Of a stretch of DNA of 64,000 nucleotides, positions 27,982 through 38,235 are shown in pieces. Where the stretch lies: positions 13,970 through 77,969 of the forward strand of contig JAKCBQ010000003.1 of assembly GCA_021839245.1 (NCBI GenBank). Reading direction: 5' to 3'. A program made the translations under genes and the position numbers. The notes under the pieces were generated by a model, which searched no databases, was not told where the DNA came from, and saw nothing but the letters and a program-made list of their open reading frames with translations. This DNA comes from Pseudomonadota bacterium (GTDB lineage: Bacteria > Pseudomonadota > Gammaproteobacteria > JAKAQQ01). Within the stretch, counting starts at the first letter, position 1; each line of letters opens with the position of its first letter.

Positions 27982-29430
27982 CTAACTCGAGGTTGGCGGC
28001 GCTGTCGGCGACGTTGGGAGAGGGGTGCCGGTCGTACTGACAATATTGGGAGCGTGCTGCGTCGGCGTCGACGGACCCGTTGCCGATGGCGCCTCCATAC
28101 GAGCCGTGTTGAGCGATTGGAGATAGGCTTCCATGAAATCGAACCGCCGCATGTGATTTCCGTATGTTGGATTCGAACGCACGAGCTTTGAGCGCAGTTG
28201 TCCGAGCCGCATTTGCGCGCGCTGCGTGACAGGTCGGATCACCTGCCGCAGTAAGTCATCATACTCTGCCAAACCGTGAGTCTTTAGATACGCTTGCTTG
28301 CCCTCGTCGTCAAAGAATGAGTATTTCATACCGGTCAGAAAGCCAAGAAATTGCGTAAAGAAATAAATCAGCCCTAAGAGGATTACGCCCGAATTGATCT
28401 CAGCAGAAATGTCATTCTGCACAGTAACTTTTGTTCTCTTGATCGATTTATGAACAGCGTTACATACTGCCATGGGCAGAGAGCAGAGGCGGTTGCGATG
28501 AGGAATGACACGACGAACGCGATGAGGGTGAGCAAAGAGTTGCGAAAGGTTTGGATAGACGTGGCCTCCTATACCACTGTGCCTAAGATCCAGCTGTTTC
28601 ATGAGGGCGTAATGCCGATAGACAGTTATGGCGGTTCCGAAGAGAACGATGAACGCAACTGCCGTGATGATACGCATCCGTCGTGGTTCCATCGATGCCA
28701 GGTCTGTCGCGCCTATCCGCGCCGCCAACCGTCCGTATGATTCGAGGTCGGCGTCCTTGTCTTGGTCGTCATCCATACGGATGGCCTCCACAGATTCTTT
28801 GACGGATCCGTCAATCCGTCGAAAGCCCTTCTTCGCCCTATAGTTTTTTCGCACCTTTGCAAGAAGCTTGTTGGCAAACACGTCTTCCCCCCCACCATGC
28901 GTTATGATCAAGGCCACGGTCGCGATGACGAGGGCGATGATCATGCCTGCCACGAACGCCAGTTCCGGTGTGATGTCGGTGGACAAAAGCGGCGCAAGCA
29001 GCAGACCGGTTCCCAAGGCCTCCGCCACCGTCAATGCTCCGAGAATCAGCCACAACAAGACCGACATCGGTTTACGTCCGCTCTGTTCGGAAAGCTTGAG
29101 GTATTTGCGTGCCTTGACGAAGTTGGCGCGATCGATCTTCTCCAAACAATCGTCGTAGTAGTCATACAATGCTCGCTCGGCGGGCACAGTGAGACGGCTC
29201 TCGACATAACCCGCATCGGCCGGTATATCGGCGACATCATTGCCTGTGCCTTCGGTCATCTTTTTCCACTCCGCCATCTTGCCCAAAAACGGCACCGCGA
29301 CCCAGAAATCCTTGCCGAGCAAACTTGTGGTGTATCTGGCCCAGACGAGAAAAATAACAGTCAGGAGCAGAATGGCTGAGGTCGTCGTGAGCCACAGGTG
29401 CTCAAGAAGCAAATCAAAGAAGCCCATCAT
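27982..29430 (-). CDS. Multi-pass membrane hypothetical protein
   Basis: 482-aa ORF with about five hydrophobic segments and a GGAG RBS; co-oriented with the OmpA gene. Confidence 0.8.
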   Translation of the reverse strand: MMGFFDLLLEHLWLTTTSAILLLTVIFLVWARYTTSLLGKDFWVAVPFLGKMAEWKKMTEGTGNDVADIPADAGYVESRLTVPAERALYDYYDDCLEKIDRANFVKARKYLKLSEQSGRKPMSVLLWLILGALTVAEALGTGLLLAPLLSTDITPELAFVAGMIIALVIATVALIITHGGGEDVFANKLLAKVRKNYRAKKGFRRIDGSVKESVEAIRMDDDQDKDADLESYGRLAARIGATDLASMEPRRMRIITAVAFIVLFGTAITVYRHYALMKQLDLRHSGIGGHVYPNLSQLFAHPHRVRRVIPHRNRLCSLPMAVCNAVHKSIKRTKVTVQNDISAEINSGVILLGLIYFFTQFLGFLTGMKYSFFDDEGKQAYLKTHGLAEYDDLLRQVIRPVTQRAQMRLGQLRSKLVRSNPTYGNHMRRFDFMEAYLQSLNTARMEAPSATGPSTPTQHAPNIVSTTGTPLPTSPTAPPTSS

Positions 29431-29453
29431 GTTATCTTTCTCCTTCTCAGGAA

Positions 29454-31094
29454 TCAGTACTGCATAGCATACTGAGTTGTCGCACGGTATAAATCACCGC
29501 TTCGGTTGTAGTAATAGATGGTCCCCAATCCCTTGAATCGCCGAGCAGGAACGACGAGATCAAGACATTTCGCAGGACCATGAAGAAAAACACGGTAGAG
29601 CAACTTCCGAGTGCCCCGATAGATGTTGACGTACGCACGTGCTTTGAACGCCGGTGCCTGATGGGTGTTACCGTGATAGTTCTTATAGATGTAAACCGTT
29701 GGCCTCGTGATGGGCGCGCCGCTGTCGAGCGGCACCTTTACACCAACGAGCGCGACGAGGTTGCCGTTCACGTAGGATGTCCATACCGTGCCATAGAATC
29801 CAGTGACATAATCACGCGGCGGTAATTCTTTCCCCGTTTTCAGATTGCGCACGGCTGTTGTCGGATGAGGGTGATCATCCATACAAGAGCCAACTATCAG
29901 GGACTCCGCGGCCCGTGCCGCAGGCATAAACGGGATGATGCTGAATATAGAATGCCGGATTGGCTCCCCAAGGTCAATTGATGCTCCCGGAGGGTTGAAC
30001 GGTGTACCACCGAAGTTACAGCACGATGCAAAACTCTGTTTCGGTTGCCGTGAAACCACGGCGACATGCTTCGGCGGCTGATATGCGACGGAAGCCCTCT
30101 GAGGGTATGCAATAGGAGTTGCAGGAGTTGCAGGAGTTGCAGGAGTTGCAGGAGTTGCAGGAGTTGCAGGAGTTGCAGACGAAGATGCTTTCGAAATCGA
30201 TTCTGCAGACGGCCTGACGTGCACCTGGTAATACATCGGATTGACTGAGCGTCTCTGAAGGAAGCGCTTCAGATAAGCGAGTGAACCTACATCGACGATC
30301 TGCACGCGATTGTTTGCCTCTCTGCCTTGAGCAGTCGAGTTTGGTGCGATAGGCAAGGCATCGCCGGCTCCTTGGTAATAAATGTTGGCCGCCGGTACAC
30401 CGGCTTGCGCGAAAAGTCTTGCCACGGCTTTTGCACGCACCTGCGAGAGCTTTGCGAGATTAGCCCCAGCGGCGGCATCTTGGGCATCGGTATGCCCAAC
30501 AATCAGAATGACCTGGTTTTCTACTTCTTGCCTCTGCTCAGGCGTCGCACTTGGTGAGAGCTCCGCCGGTGTATATATTTGCGCGATCTGCGTCAGGTAC
30601 GCTCGCCCCTGCGGCGTGAGGGTTGCTGATCCTGGCTCAAATTCGTCGTACTTGTTCTCCAGTTGAACGTCGAGTCCTATTGTCTCATTCGAGTGCCGAG
30701 TCCGAACACCCAGTTCGGCCGGGGTTATCTTTGCACTGGCCAGACGAAGACGATTCGCTTGGGCAATCTCGTACAGTCGGCAACGACGGACATCGATGAT
30801 CTGACCAACCAAGGATCCCATGGCGGCCCCGAGTGTGGCTCCAGCGCCAGGATTGCCTCTATCTAATAGAGTTCCTAACTGTCCACCCGCGTATCCGAGA
30901 GCATTACGATCATAGTTCGAGCATGGATTGGGGTTGGTGGTTATGGGGCCGACGATAGGATTGACTAAGGGCTGGATTGAAGGTGGGACGTTTGGCAGAA
31001 GGGTCTGGGGGTTGATCGCACAGCTGGAAAGGACGGTCAACACCGCTGCGGCCAGTATCGCCTGCGAACAGACCAGTAGAGCGGATGTCTTCAT
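29454..31094 (-). CDS. OmpA-domain lipoprotein with glycine zipper and C-terminal unknown domain
   Basis: Lipobox LSSC, GAGATLGAAMGSLVG, FEPGSATL, IVGHTD, LSQVRAKAV and NSTAQGREANNRVQI. Confidence 0.88.
   Translation of the reverse strand: MKTSALLVCSQAILAAAVLTVLSSCAINPQTLLPNVPPSIQPLVNPIVGPITTNPNPCSNYDRNALGYAGGQLGTLLDRGNPGAGATLGAAMGSLVGQIIDVRRCRLYEIAQANRLRLASAKITPAELGVRTRHSNETIGLDVQLENKYDEFEPGSATLTPQGRAYLTQIAQIYTPAELSPSATPEQRQEVENQVILIVGHTDAQDAAAGANLAKLSQVRAKAVARLFAQAGVPAANIYYQGAGDALPIAPNSTAQGREANNRVQIVDVGSLAYLKRFLQRRSVNPMYYQVHVRPSAESISKASSSATPATPATPATPATPATPATPIAYPQRASVAYQPPKHVAVVSRQPKQSFASCCNFGGTPFNPPGASIDLGEPIRHSIFSIIPFMPAARAAESLIVGSCMDDHPHPTTAVRNLKTGKELPPRDYVTGFYGTVWTSYVNGNLVALVGVKVPLDSGAPITRPTVYIYKNYHGNTHQAPAFKARAYVNIYRGTRKLLYRVFLHGPAKCLDLVVPARRFKGLGTIYYYNRSGDLYRATTQYAMQY
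30114..30176. repeat. 9-bp perfect tandem repeat (AGGAGTTGC x7) encoding an (Ala-Thr-Pro)7 linker
   Basis: Directly visible; in frame within the OmpA-domain gene. Confidence 0.95.
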
Positions 31095-31653
31095 CACTCT
31101 CTTCTCCTGGAAGTCCAACCTTGGAGGAGTGTCTGATTTTTGGAGTATACCCAGCTATATGGGGCATTGCAAGGGTCAAGTCCAATCTCTGCTGTAAATT
31201 TGATCCGGTTTAGACGTGCTTCACTCAAAGACACCACCTGATCCAGATGTCTCTTTACCGAGTTCTCCGCCATGCTGATGTGTCATAGCCAGAGCAGTCA
31301 AAGGCACCAGAAAGGCTACACAGGAAACCCAATATGCGTTTCTTTTCATGGATTCCCCCCGTTTATTTGCGCTTTGGACAGAATAAAAACCGTGGCCCTT
31401 GCTGTCAGACTTTTGGGGGCTTGACAGCATGACCCTGCCGGCCAATGTCACCACATCTTCCAGATGGAGACGCCTAGTCCAGTAGTCATGAAGAATAACC
31501 GCTGAGACCCCAACTATTATTCCGCATGAGGCACGGATGGAGTTCTCGGGGCCTTTAGCATAACCCGGATCCCCAGCCCCAGATTGAGCGGCAGATTTTT
31601 GTCATCGTCCATATCCATGGCACTCACCTTCAATTAGGTTCTGGTTGATTTTA

Positions 31654-31730
<77 letters not shown>

Positions 31731-31750
31731 TCCTTTCGCCTTGCCTCTAT

Positions 31751-31778
31751 ATGATAACCCTTCCTTCGGCGTTGTCAA
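31751..31778 (-). promoter_or_regulatory. Sigma70-type promoter for tRNA-fMet
   Basis: TTGACA-N16-TATCAT on the minus strand, 20 bp upstream of the tRNA. Confidence 0.65.
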
Positions 31779-31823
31779 CTCCTGTGCCAGCCTTAGGCCA
31801 CCTCCGGGACACACCCGAGGCAA

Positions 31824-33281
31824 TCAGCGCAGGAGGTACGACATCGCGATGCGGCATGCCGACCAGAGCCCCTCCGGAAGAATCCCCAGGACCAGTAAGC
31901 CCAAAGCGTTGATCCCCAACCAGACGCGCGAGAAAACCGGTGCCGGGACCCCAGCGATGGCGCCGTCACCACCCGGGGCAGACGGCGGATCAAAGTACAT
32001 CGACTTGACCACACGAAGATAGTAGTACGCCGCAACCACCGCCATCACGACCGCGAAGATGGCGAGGCCTGTTTCGTGGGCCATGATCACGCGGCGTAGC
32101 ACAATGAGCTTCGCCCAGAATCCGAGGAACGGGGGAACGCCGGCGAGTGAAAAGAGGGCGCAGAGAAGGAAAAACGCCGTCCAGGGATCTCTCCGGGAAA
32201 GCCCCGCGAGATCCTCGAGTGTGGTCGACTTTTCTCCACGGGCCTCGAGCAGCGTCAGCCCACCGAAAGCGGCGGCCGACATGAGCACGTAGACGACCGT
32301 GTAGTACACCGCCGCGGTCTCCCCTCCCCGACCGGCCAGCTGGAAGGCCAGGAGAATGAAGCCCACGTGACCCACGGCGGAATAGCCGAGGAGGCGGCGC
32401 ACGTTCATCTGAACGACGGCCAGAAGATTGCCCACGAGGAGCGAAAGGACACTCGCCACCATCAGAAGAACACCCCAGTCGCTCGAGGCGGCGCCCAGAC
32501 CGAGACCCAGAAGGCGCATGAAGAGCGCAATCGATGCGATTTCCGGAACGGTTCCGACGAGCAGGGTTACCGAGGTCGGGGCCCCTTCGTAGACGTCGGG
32601 AACCCAGAAATGAAGGGGGACGGCCCCGAACTTGAAGGCGAGAGCCACCACCACGAAAGCCACGGCGGCCAGCGTCAACGGAGACCCGGGGTGCGCCGCC
32701 AGCGCACGGGCCACGACATCGAGGCGGAAACTTCCCGCAAGACCGTAGAGGAACGTGAAGGCGTAGAGAAGAAGCGCCGAGGCCATCGCTCCCAGGACGA
32801 AGTACTTCATCGCCGCTTCCGCACCGAGGGGGCGGCGGCGGTCGATGGCGATGAGGGCGTAGAGCGAAAGCGCGAGGAGTTCAAGCCCAAGATAAAGCGT
32901 GAGAAGGCTTCCCCCAGAGTCGACGACCAAGACGCCGAGAAGCGTGGTCAGGACGAGGAAGTAGTGTTCCGCCCGTTCAAGACCGTGGCGGACGAGCTGG
33001 GGACGCGAATAGACGAGGACCAGAAACGTGGCCACGCCGGCCGCGACGTCGAGAAAACGCGACAAGGGATCGTTGACGAGCCCCCCGTGCCAGAACACCC
33101 CGGATCTCCCCAGGCTCCCCGCCGCCAGGAGAAACACCACGACCGCGACGCTCACGAGCGCCACGCGGTAGGCCCACACGGGTCGTGGGCGGCGGGCCAG
33201 AACCTCGAAGAGCAGAATGAGGATCGAACCGGCGCCGATGAGGATCTCCGATCCGGCGGCCCAAATGTCGCGGCTCAACAT
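31824..33281 (-). CDS. nuoN: NADH-quinone oxidoreductase subunit N
   Basis: EAAMKYFVLGA, FKFGAVPLHFWVPDVYEGAP and SLAGVPP; last gene of the operon. Confidence 0.95.
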   Translation of the reverse strand: MLSRDIWAAGSEILIGAGSILILLFEVLARRPRPVWAYRVALVSVAVVVFLLAAGSLGRSGVFWHGGLVNDPLSRFLDVAAGVATFLVLVYSRPQLVRHGLERAEHYFLVLTTLLGVLVVDSGGSLLTLYLGLELLALSLYALIAIDRRRPLGAEAAMKYFVLGAMASALLLYAFTFLYGLAGSFRLDVVARALAAHPGSPLTLAAVAFVVVALAFKFGAVPLHFWVPDVYEGAPTSVTLLVGTVPEIASIALFMRLLGLGLGAASSDWGVLLMVASVLSLLVGNLLAVVQMNVRRLLGYSAVGHVGFILLAFQLAGRGGETAAVYYTVVYVLMSAAAFGGLTLLEARGEKSTTLEDLAGLSRRDPWTAFFLLCALFSLAGVPPFLGFWAKLIVLRRVIMAHETGLAIFAVVMAVVAAYYYLRVVKSMYFDPPSAPGGDGAIAGVPAPVFSRVWLGINALGLLVLGILPEGLWSACRIAMSYLLR

Positions 33282-33312
33282 GGGGAACAATCCTGGAGCA
33301 AGAAAACGGAGA

Positions 33313-34815
33313 TCATGTGGGCAGCTTGCGGCGCATCGCCTGCGCGACGAGATGCACGACCGAGGCGTGCATCATGTGAAGGATCGGCTCGGGCCAGAGG
33401 CCAAAGAGAAGAACCAGAACCGCGAGCGGGGCCAGCACGAGGAACTCCCGCGGCGTGAGATCGGACAGTTTGCCCACATCCTCGTGCACCACCGGATTGA
33501 ACACCACCCGGCGGATCATCCAGAGCGTGTACGCCGCCCCCGTCACGAGACTGGTCGCCGCGAGAAGCCCCCACCAGTGCGAGGCCTGCCACGAAGCGAG
33601 GATCACCTGGAATTCACCGACGAAACCGCTTGTCCCCGGAAGCGCGACGTTGGCCATCGCAAAGAGCACGAAAAAGAACGCGAACCACGGCATGACACGC
33701 GCGACCCCCCCGTAGCGTGCGATCTCACGGGTGTGCAGGCGATCGTAGAGCACCCCCACGCAGAGGAACAACGCCCCGGAGACGAAACCGTGGGAGATCA
33801 TCTGGAAAATCCCGCCCTCGACGCCCATGTGGGCCACGTCGGGATGGAGGAAGAGGAAAAACAGGATGAAAAAGCCGAGCGTGACAAAGCCCATGTGTGC
33901 AATCGACGAGTACGCCACAAGCTTCTTCATGTCGTCCTGCACCAGCGCCACGAACGCAATGTAGACGATCGCGATCAGCGAGAGGGCGATCATGGGGAAA
34001 GCCAGGTAACGGCTCGCATCGGGGGCGATCGGAAGGCTGAAGCGGAGAAAACCGTAGGCCCCCATTTTGAGAAGAATGGCCGCGAGGATCACCGACCCCC
34101 CCGTGGGGGCCTCGACGTGCGCGTCCGGAAGCCACGTGTGAACCGGCCACATCGGGACCTTCACGGCGAAAGCCGCGAAAAACGCGAGAAAAACGAAGAT
34201 TTGCGTTCCCCAACCCAGAGGGGCCCTCTGGAACGCCAGGATGTCGAACGAGCCGGTCTTGTGCGCAAGATCCAGGATGGCCAGGAGCATCAAGACGGAA
34301 CCCAGGAACGTGTAAAGAAAAAACTTGATCGTGGCGTAGATGCGTCGCGGCCCTCCCCAGATCCCGATGATGAGAAACATCGGGATGAGCATCGCTTCCC
34401 AGAAGAGATAGAAAAGGAGCGCGTCGAGGGCGGCGAACACCCCGATCATGAGCCCTTCCATGATGAGAAACGCCGCGAAATACGCCGCCTGCTGCCGTTC
34501 GATCACCCGCCATCCGGCCAGGACCACGAGGACGGTACTCAGGGTCGTGAGCAGGATGAACGGGAAGGAGATGCCGTCGACGCCCAGGTGGTAGCGGGCG
34601 TGAAGGGCCGGAATCCACGGTGCGTTCTCGACGAACTGCATGGCCGAGGTGCCGTCGTGGAAACGCGCCAGCGCGGCCAGGTTGAGGGCGAAGACGAGGA
34701 GGCTCACGGCGAGCGCCCAGCCGCGACGGAAGGCGGGGCTCCGGTCGGGAACCACGAGAAGGACGAGACCCCCGAGAAGCGGAAGGACGATCAGCAAACT
34801 CAACCAGGGGGTCAT
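33313..34815 (-). CDS. nuoM: NADH-quinone oxidoreductase subunit M
   Basis: LGVDGIS, FWEAMLIPM, AVKVPMWPVHTWLPDAHVEAP and LPGTSGFVGE. Confidence 0.96.
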   Translation of the reverse strand: MTPWLSLLIVLPLLGGLVLLVVPDRSPAFRRGWALAVSLLVFALNLAALARFHDGTSAMQFVENAPWIPALHARYHLGVDGISFPFILLTTLSTVLVVLAGWRVIERQQAAYFAAFLIMEGLMIGVFAALDALLFYLFWEAMLIPMFLIIGIWGGPRRIYATIKFFLYTFLGSVLMLLAILDLAHKTGSFDILAFQRAPLGWGTQIFVFLAFFAAFAVKVPMWPVHTWLPDAHVEAPTGGSVILAAILLKMGAYGFLRFSLPIAPDASRYLAFPMIALSLIAIVYIAFVALVQDDMKKLVAYSSIAHMGFVTLGFFILFFLFLHPDVAHMGVEGGIFQMISHGFVSGALFLCVGVLYDRLHTREIARYGGVARVMPWFAFFFVLFAMANVALPGTSGFVGEFQVILASWQASHWWGLLAATSLVTGAAYTLWMIRRVVFNPVVHEDVGKLSDLTPREFLVLAPLAVLVLLFGLWPEPILHMMHASVVHLVAQAMRRKLPT

Positions 34816-34831
34816 CCCGAATCCTCGTCGG

Positions 34832-36787
34832 TCAGGTCAGGAGCGCGTAGCCGAGAACGGCCACGAGCGCGGCAATCATCACGAAGGCGTAACGGTACAG
34901 CCGTCCGCTCTGGATAGGCCGTAACCGACGCGCCGCCGCTCCGACGAGGCGCGCCGAGCCGTTGACGAGCCCGCCGTCGATGAGAAGGCGATCCCCCCCC
35001 GTACTCAGTCCGCGGCCGACGAGCCAGCCGGCTCGCGCGCAGATCACCTCGTAGAAGACGTCCACATAATATTTCTGGACGAAAAGGCGATAAAGACCGT
35101 GAAACGCCGCGGCGGCGCGTGCCGGGAAGGCCGGACGATAGAGATAGCCGTACCAAGCGGTGGCGAGACCGGCGATCATGAGCCAGAAGCTGGGCTCCGA
35201 AAACGCTCCCATCACGAACGCGAGCGGTGTGAGGTGGGGGTGGCGGCTCACAAACCCGAGCGGATGCCCGTAGGGGAGACGTCCGAAAACCCCGGCGAAA
35301 AAGGAACCTCCCAAGAACGGCCGGAACATCACCCAACCGGCCGCGAGCGCCGGAATCGCGAGGGCCACGAGCGGCAAGGTCACCACGAGAGGGCTCTCGT
35401 GAAGGTGGGCCCGGGTATGCTCGTCCATGCGCGGCTCACCGTGAAACACCAGAAAGACCATGCGGAAGGTGTAGAGAGCCGTCACAAAGACGCCGCCGAG
35501 CAGGAGAAGATGCGCGAGAGCGGCCCCCGCCACGGGGCTTCGCCCGACCGCGTCGATGATGGCGTCCTTCGAGAAGAAGCCCGAGAACCCGGGAAACGCC
35601 ACGAGGGCGAAAGAGCCCACGAGAAACGTGATGTACGTCACCGGCATGAAGCGGCGAAGACCACCCATCTTGCGCATGTCCTGCTCGTGGTGCATCGCGA
35701 GGATCACCGATCCCGCCCCCAGGAACAGGAGCGCCTTGAAGAACGCGTGCGTCACGAGATGGAAAATGCCCGCGGCAAAAGCTCCGGCTCCCAACCCTGC
35801 GCACATGTAACCGAGCTGGGAGATGGTCGAGTAGGCGATCACACGTTTGATGTCCGTCGCCACGATCCCGAGGAGACCCATGAAAAAGGCGGTCAGCGCG
35901 CCCACCACCAGAACCACCGAAAGCGCGGTCGCCGACTGGACGTAAAGAGGGGAAAGGCGAGCCACGAGATAAATCCCTGCGGTCACCATCGTGGCGGCGT
36001 GGATCAAAGCCGAAATCGGTGTGGGACCTTCCATCGAATCCGGAAGCCAGGCGTGAAGCGGAATCTGTGCCGACTTCGCGCTCGCCCCGACGAAGAGGAG
36101 AAGCGCCGCCGCGGTTGCCACGGTCATGCCCCCCGAGCCCCCCAGGATCGGGGTGCGGCCGAGAAGGGGGGCTGCGGCGAAAATGGCCCGGAAAGACAGG
36201 GTGTGGACGGCGGCGAAGAGGACCGCCATACCCAAAAGAAAGGCGAGATCCCCCACCCGATTGAGAAGAAACGCCTTGACCGCCGCCCGGCTCGCGCTCG
36301 GCCGCTCGAACCAGAACCCGATGAGAAGATAGGAAACGAGCCCCACGCCTTCCCAGCCGGCAAAAAGCTCGAGGAGATTGTTGGCCACCACCAGGAGCAG
36401 CATCGCAAAGGTAAAGAGGCTCAGGTAACTGAAGAAACGGGCGTAGCCCGGATCGTCGTGCATATAGCCGATGGTGTACACGTGGACGGCGAGCGAGACG
36501 AAGGTCACCACGACCATCATGAGAGCGCTCAACCGATCGATCCAGGCCCCGACCGCGAAACGGGCCCCGCCGCTCATCATCCACGTGTAGAACGTCAGCA
36601 CATGGGGACGAGGATCGACGAGCACGCGCCGGAGAATCAGGGCGGAGGCGAGAAACGCGAGAGCGACCGCGAGAATGGTGAGAACGTGGGCCCCGGTGCG
36701 TCCGACGAGATTGCGCCCAAGGCCCGCGATCAACGCGGCGGCAAGCGGCAGCAGAAGAACACCCAGAACGAGGTCGTCGAGGCTCAT
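34832..36787 (-). CDS. nuoL: NADH-quinone oxidoreductase subunit L
   Basis: GWEGVGLVSYLLIGFW, KSAQIPLHAWLPDSMEGPTPISALIHAATMV and HAFFKALLFL. Confidence 0.96.
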   Translation of the reverse strand: MSLDDLVLGVLLLPLAAALIAGLGRNLVGRTGAHVLTILAVALAFLASALILRRVLVDPRPHVLTFYTWMMSGGARFAVGAWIDRLSALMMVVVTFVSLAVHVYTIGYMHDDPGYARFFSYLSLFTFAMLLLVVANNLLELFAGWEGVGLVSYLLIGFWFERPSASRAAVKAFLLNRVGDLAFLLGMAVLFAAVHTLSFRAIFAAAPLLGRTPILGGSGGMTVATAAALLLFVGASAKSAQIPLHAWLPDSMEGPTPISALIHAATMVTAGIYLVARLSPLYVQSATALSVVLVVGALTAFFMGLLGIVATDIKRVIAYSTISQLGYMCAGLGAGAFAAGIFHLVTHAFFKALLFLGAGSVILAMHHEQDMRKMGGLRRFMPVTYITFLVGSFALVAFPGFSGFFSKDAIIDAVGRSPVAGAALAHLLLLGGVFVTALYTFRMVFLVFHGEPRMDEHTRAHLHESPLVVTLPLVALAIPALAAGWVMFRPFLGGSFFAGVFGRLPYGHPLGFVSRHPHLTPLAFVMGAFSEPSFWLMIAGLATAWYGYLYRPAFPARAAAAFHGLYRLFVQKYYVDVFYEVICARAGWLVGRGLSTGGDRLLIDGGLVNGSARLVGAAARRLRPIQSGRLYRYAFVMIAALVAVLGYALLT

Positions 36788-36796
36788 CGCACCCCC

Positions 36797-37099
36797 TTAG
36801 CCTTTGAGTGTGTCGATCGTGTCGACGTCTACGCTGCGCTTGTTGCGGAAGACGACGACGAGAAGAGCAAGCCCGATCGCGGCCTCGGCCGCGGCCACGG
36901 TCAACACGAAGAAGACCGCCACCTGACCCGAGAGTCCCCCCCACCACGCCGACCAAGCCACAAAGCTCGTATTGACGGCAAGCAGCATGAGTTCAATGCA
37001 CATCAGGAGAACCACGAGATTTTTTCGGTTGACGAACATCCCCGCGAGTGCAATGGCAAAGACGACGGCGGAAACGGCAAGATCATCGAACAGCGGCAT
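36797..37099 (-). CDS. nuoK: NADH-quinone oxidoreductase subunit K
   Basis: [12 protein letters not shown] and [11 protein letters not shown]; 100 aa. Confidence 0.95.
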   Translation of the reverse strand: MPLFDDLAVSAVVFAIALAGMFVNRKNLVVLLMCIELMLLAVNTSFVAWSAWWGGLSGQVAVFFVLTVAAAEAAIGLALLVVVFRNKRSVDVDTIDTLKG

Positions 37100-37734
37100 C
37101 AGCTCTCCTCCCCGTTCTTCCCGGTCGTGCCTTTCGGGAACGGATCCACGAGTCGGATCCGTCGGGCGGGGTCCACACGGACCTGGGTCGCAGGATCTTG
37201 TCGGCGCACGCCCTCGCGGTGCACCAGTGTGAGCACGATGGCGGCCACCACGCCCACCAGGAGCAGGAACCCGGCGATCTCGAAGGGATAGAGATCGTCA
37301 CGGTAGAGACGGAGGCCCAACGCTCGTGTATTGGGCAGCGCACCCGGGCGAAGCGGGGGAGCCAGCGACACGAGGCCCAGGTGCCGGGCCCAAAACACGT
37401 AGCCGATCTCGAACGCGAGGAGAAGCGCCACGGTGGCCGCGAGGGGCGCGTGGCGGACGAACCCACGACGGATCACCGCGAGATCAATATCGAGCATCAT
37501 GACGACGAACAGGAGCAGCACCATCACCGCCCCGACGTACACGAGGACGAGCACGATGCCCAGAAATTCCGCCCCGAGGAGCACCCAAAGAACGGCCGCG
37601 TTGAAAAACGAAAGAATGAGGAACAGGGCGGCGTGTACAGGGTTGCGCGCCACCACCACGCCCAACGCGGAGACCACCAAAACGGTGGCGAAGAAGCCAA
37701 AAACGCCTTCGACGAGAAGATGAGCGGCGGTCAT
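37099..37734 (-). CDS. nuoJ: NADH-quinone oxidoreductase subunit J
   Basis: [19 protein letters not shown] and YPFEIAG. Confidence 0.95.
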   Translation of the reverse strand: MTAAHLLVEGVFGFFATVLVVSALGVVVARNPVHAALFLILSFFNAAVLWVLLGAEFLGIVLVLVYVGAVMVLLLFVVMMLDIDLAVIRRGFVRHAPLAATVALLLAFEIGYVFWARHLGLVSLAPPLRPGALPNTRALGLRLYRDDLYPFEIAGFLLLVGVVAAIVLTLVHREGVRRQDPATQVRVDPARRIRLVDPFPKGTTGKNGEES

Positions 37735-37742
37735 GGGCACGT

Positions 37743-38231
37743 CTAACGGTAAGGAGCGTCGGCCGCCCGGTCGCTGGCGATTTGGGGTTCGTACGCGTCT
37801 CCAATCGCCAGAAGTTTTTCTTTGGTCATGATCTGCTGACCACGCTTTTCAAAGTGAAAGGCAAAAACCCGCGTTTCGACGATCGAATCGACGGGGCAGG
37901 CCTCCTCGCAAAATCCACAGTAGATGCACTTGAAAAGATCGATGTCGTAACGGGTCGTCCGCCGCGTGCCGTCGGCACGGACATCGGAGTCGATCGTGAT
38001 GGCGAGCGCGGGACACACGGCCTCGCACAGCTTGCACGCGATGCAGCGCTCCTCACCGTTGGGGTAGCGGCGGAGAGCGTGCAGGCCGCGGAAGCGCGGC
38101 GACTGAGGCGTGGTCTCTTCGGGGTAGCGAACCGTCACCTTGGGCGTGAAAAACTCGCGGAGCGTCACGCCAAGTCCCGCGATGAGCTCGGGAAGGAGAA
38201 GGCTCTTGAAGAAGCGGCGCAACCGGTTCAT
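37743..38231 (-). CDS. nuoI: NADH-quinone oxidoreductase subunit I
   Basis: Two 4Fe-4S motifs, [12 protein letters not shown] and [12 protein letters not shown]. Confidence 0.97.
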   Translation of the reverse strand: MNRLRRFFKSLLLPELIAGLGVTLREFFTPKVTVRYPEETTPQSPRFRGLHALRRYPNGEERCIACKLCEAVCPALAITIDSDVRADGTRRTTRYDIDLFKCIYCGFCEEACPVDSIVETRVFAFHFEKRGQQIMTKEKLLAIGDAYEPQIASDRAADAPYR

Positions 38232-38235
38232 CGTC

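Noticed and set aside
30114..30176. CRISPR array
   Set aside because: A 9-bp tandem repeat with no spacers, inside a CDS, with no cas genes in the window.
31221..31349. 42-aa signal-peptide-like ORF (MKRNAYW...)
   Set aside because: Too short to support; possibly a truncated secreted-protein gene.
5334..31653. A single tRNA-Met-integrated island with attL/attR
   Set aside because: No direct repeat of either tRNA-Met 3' end was found by eye, and no integrase is adjacent to either tRNA.
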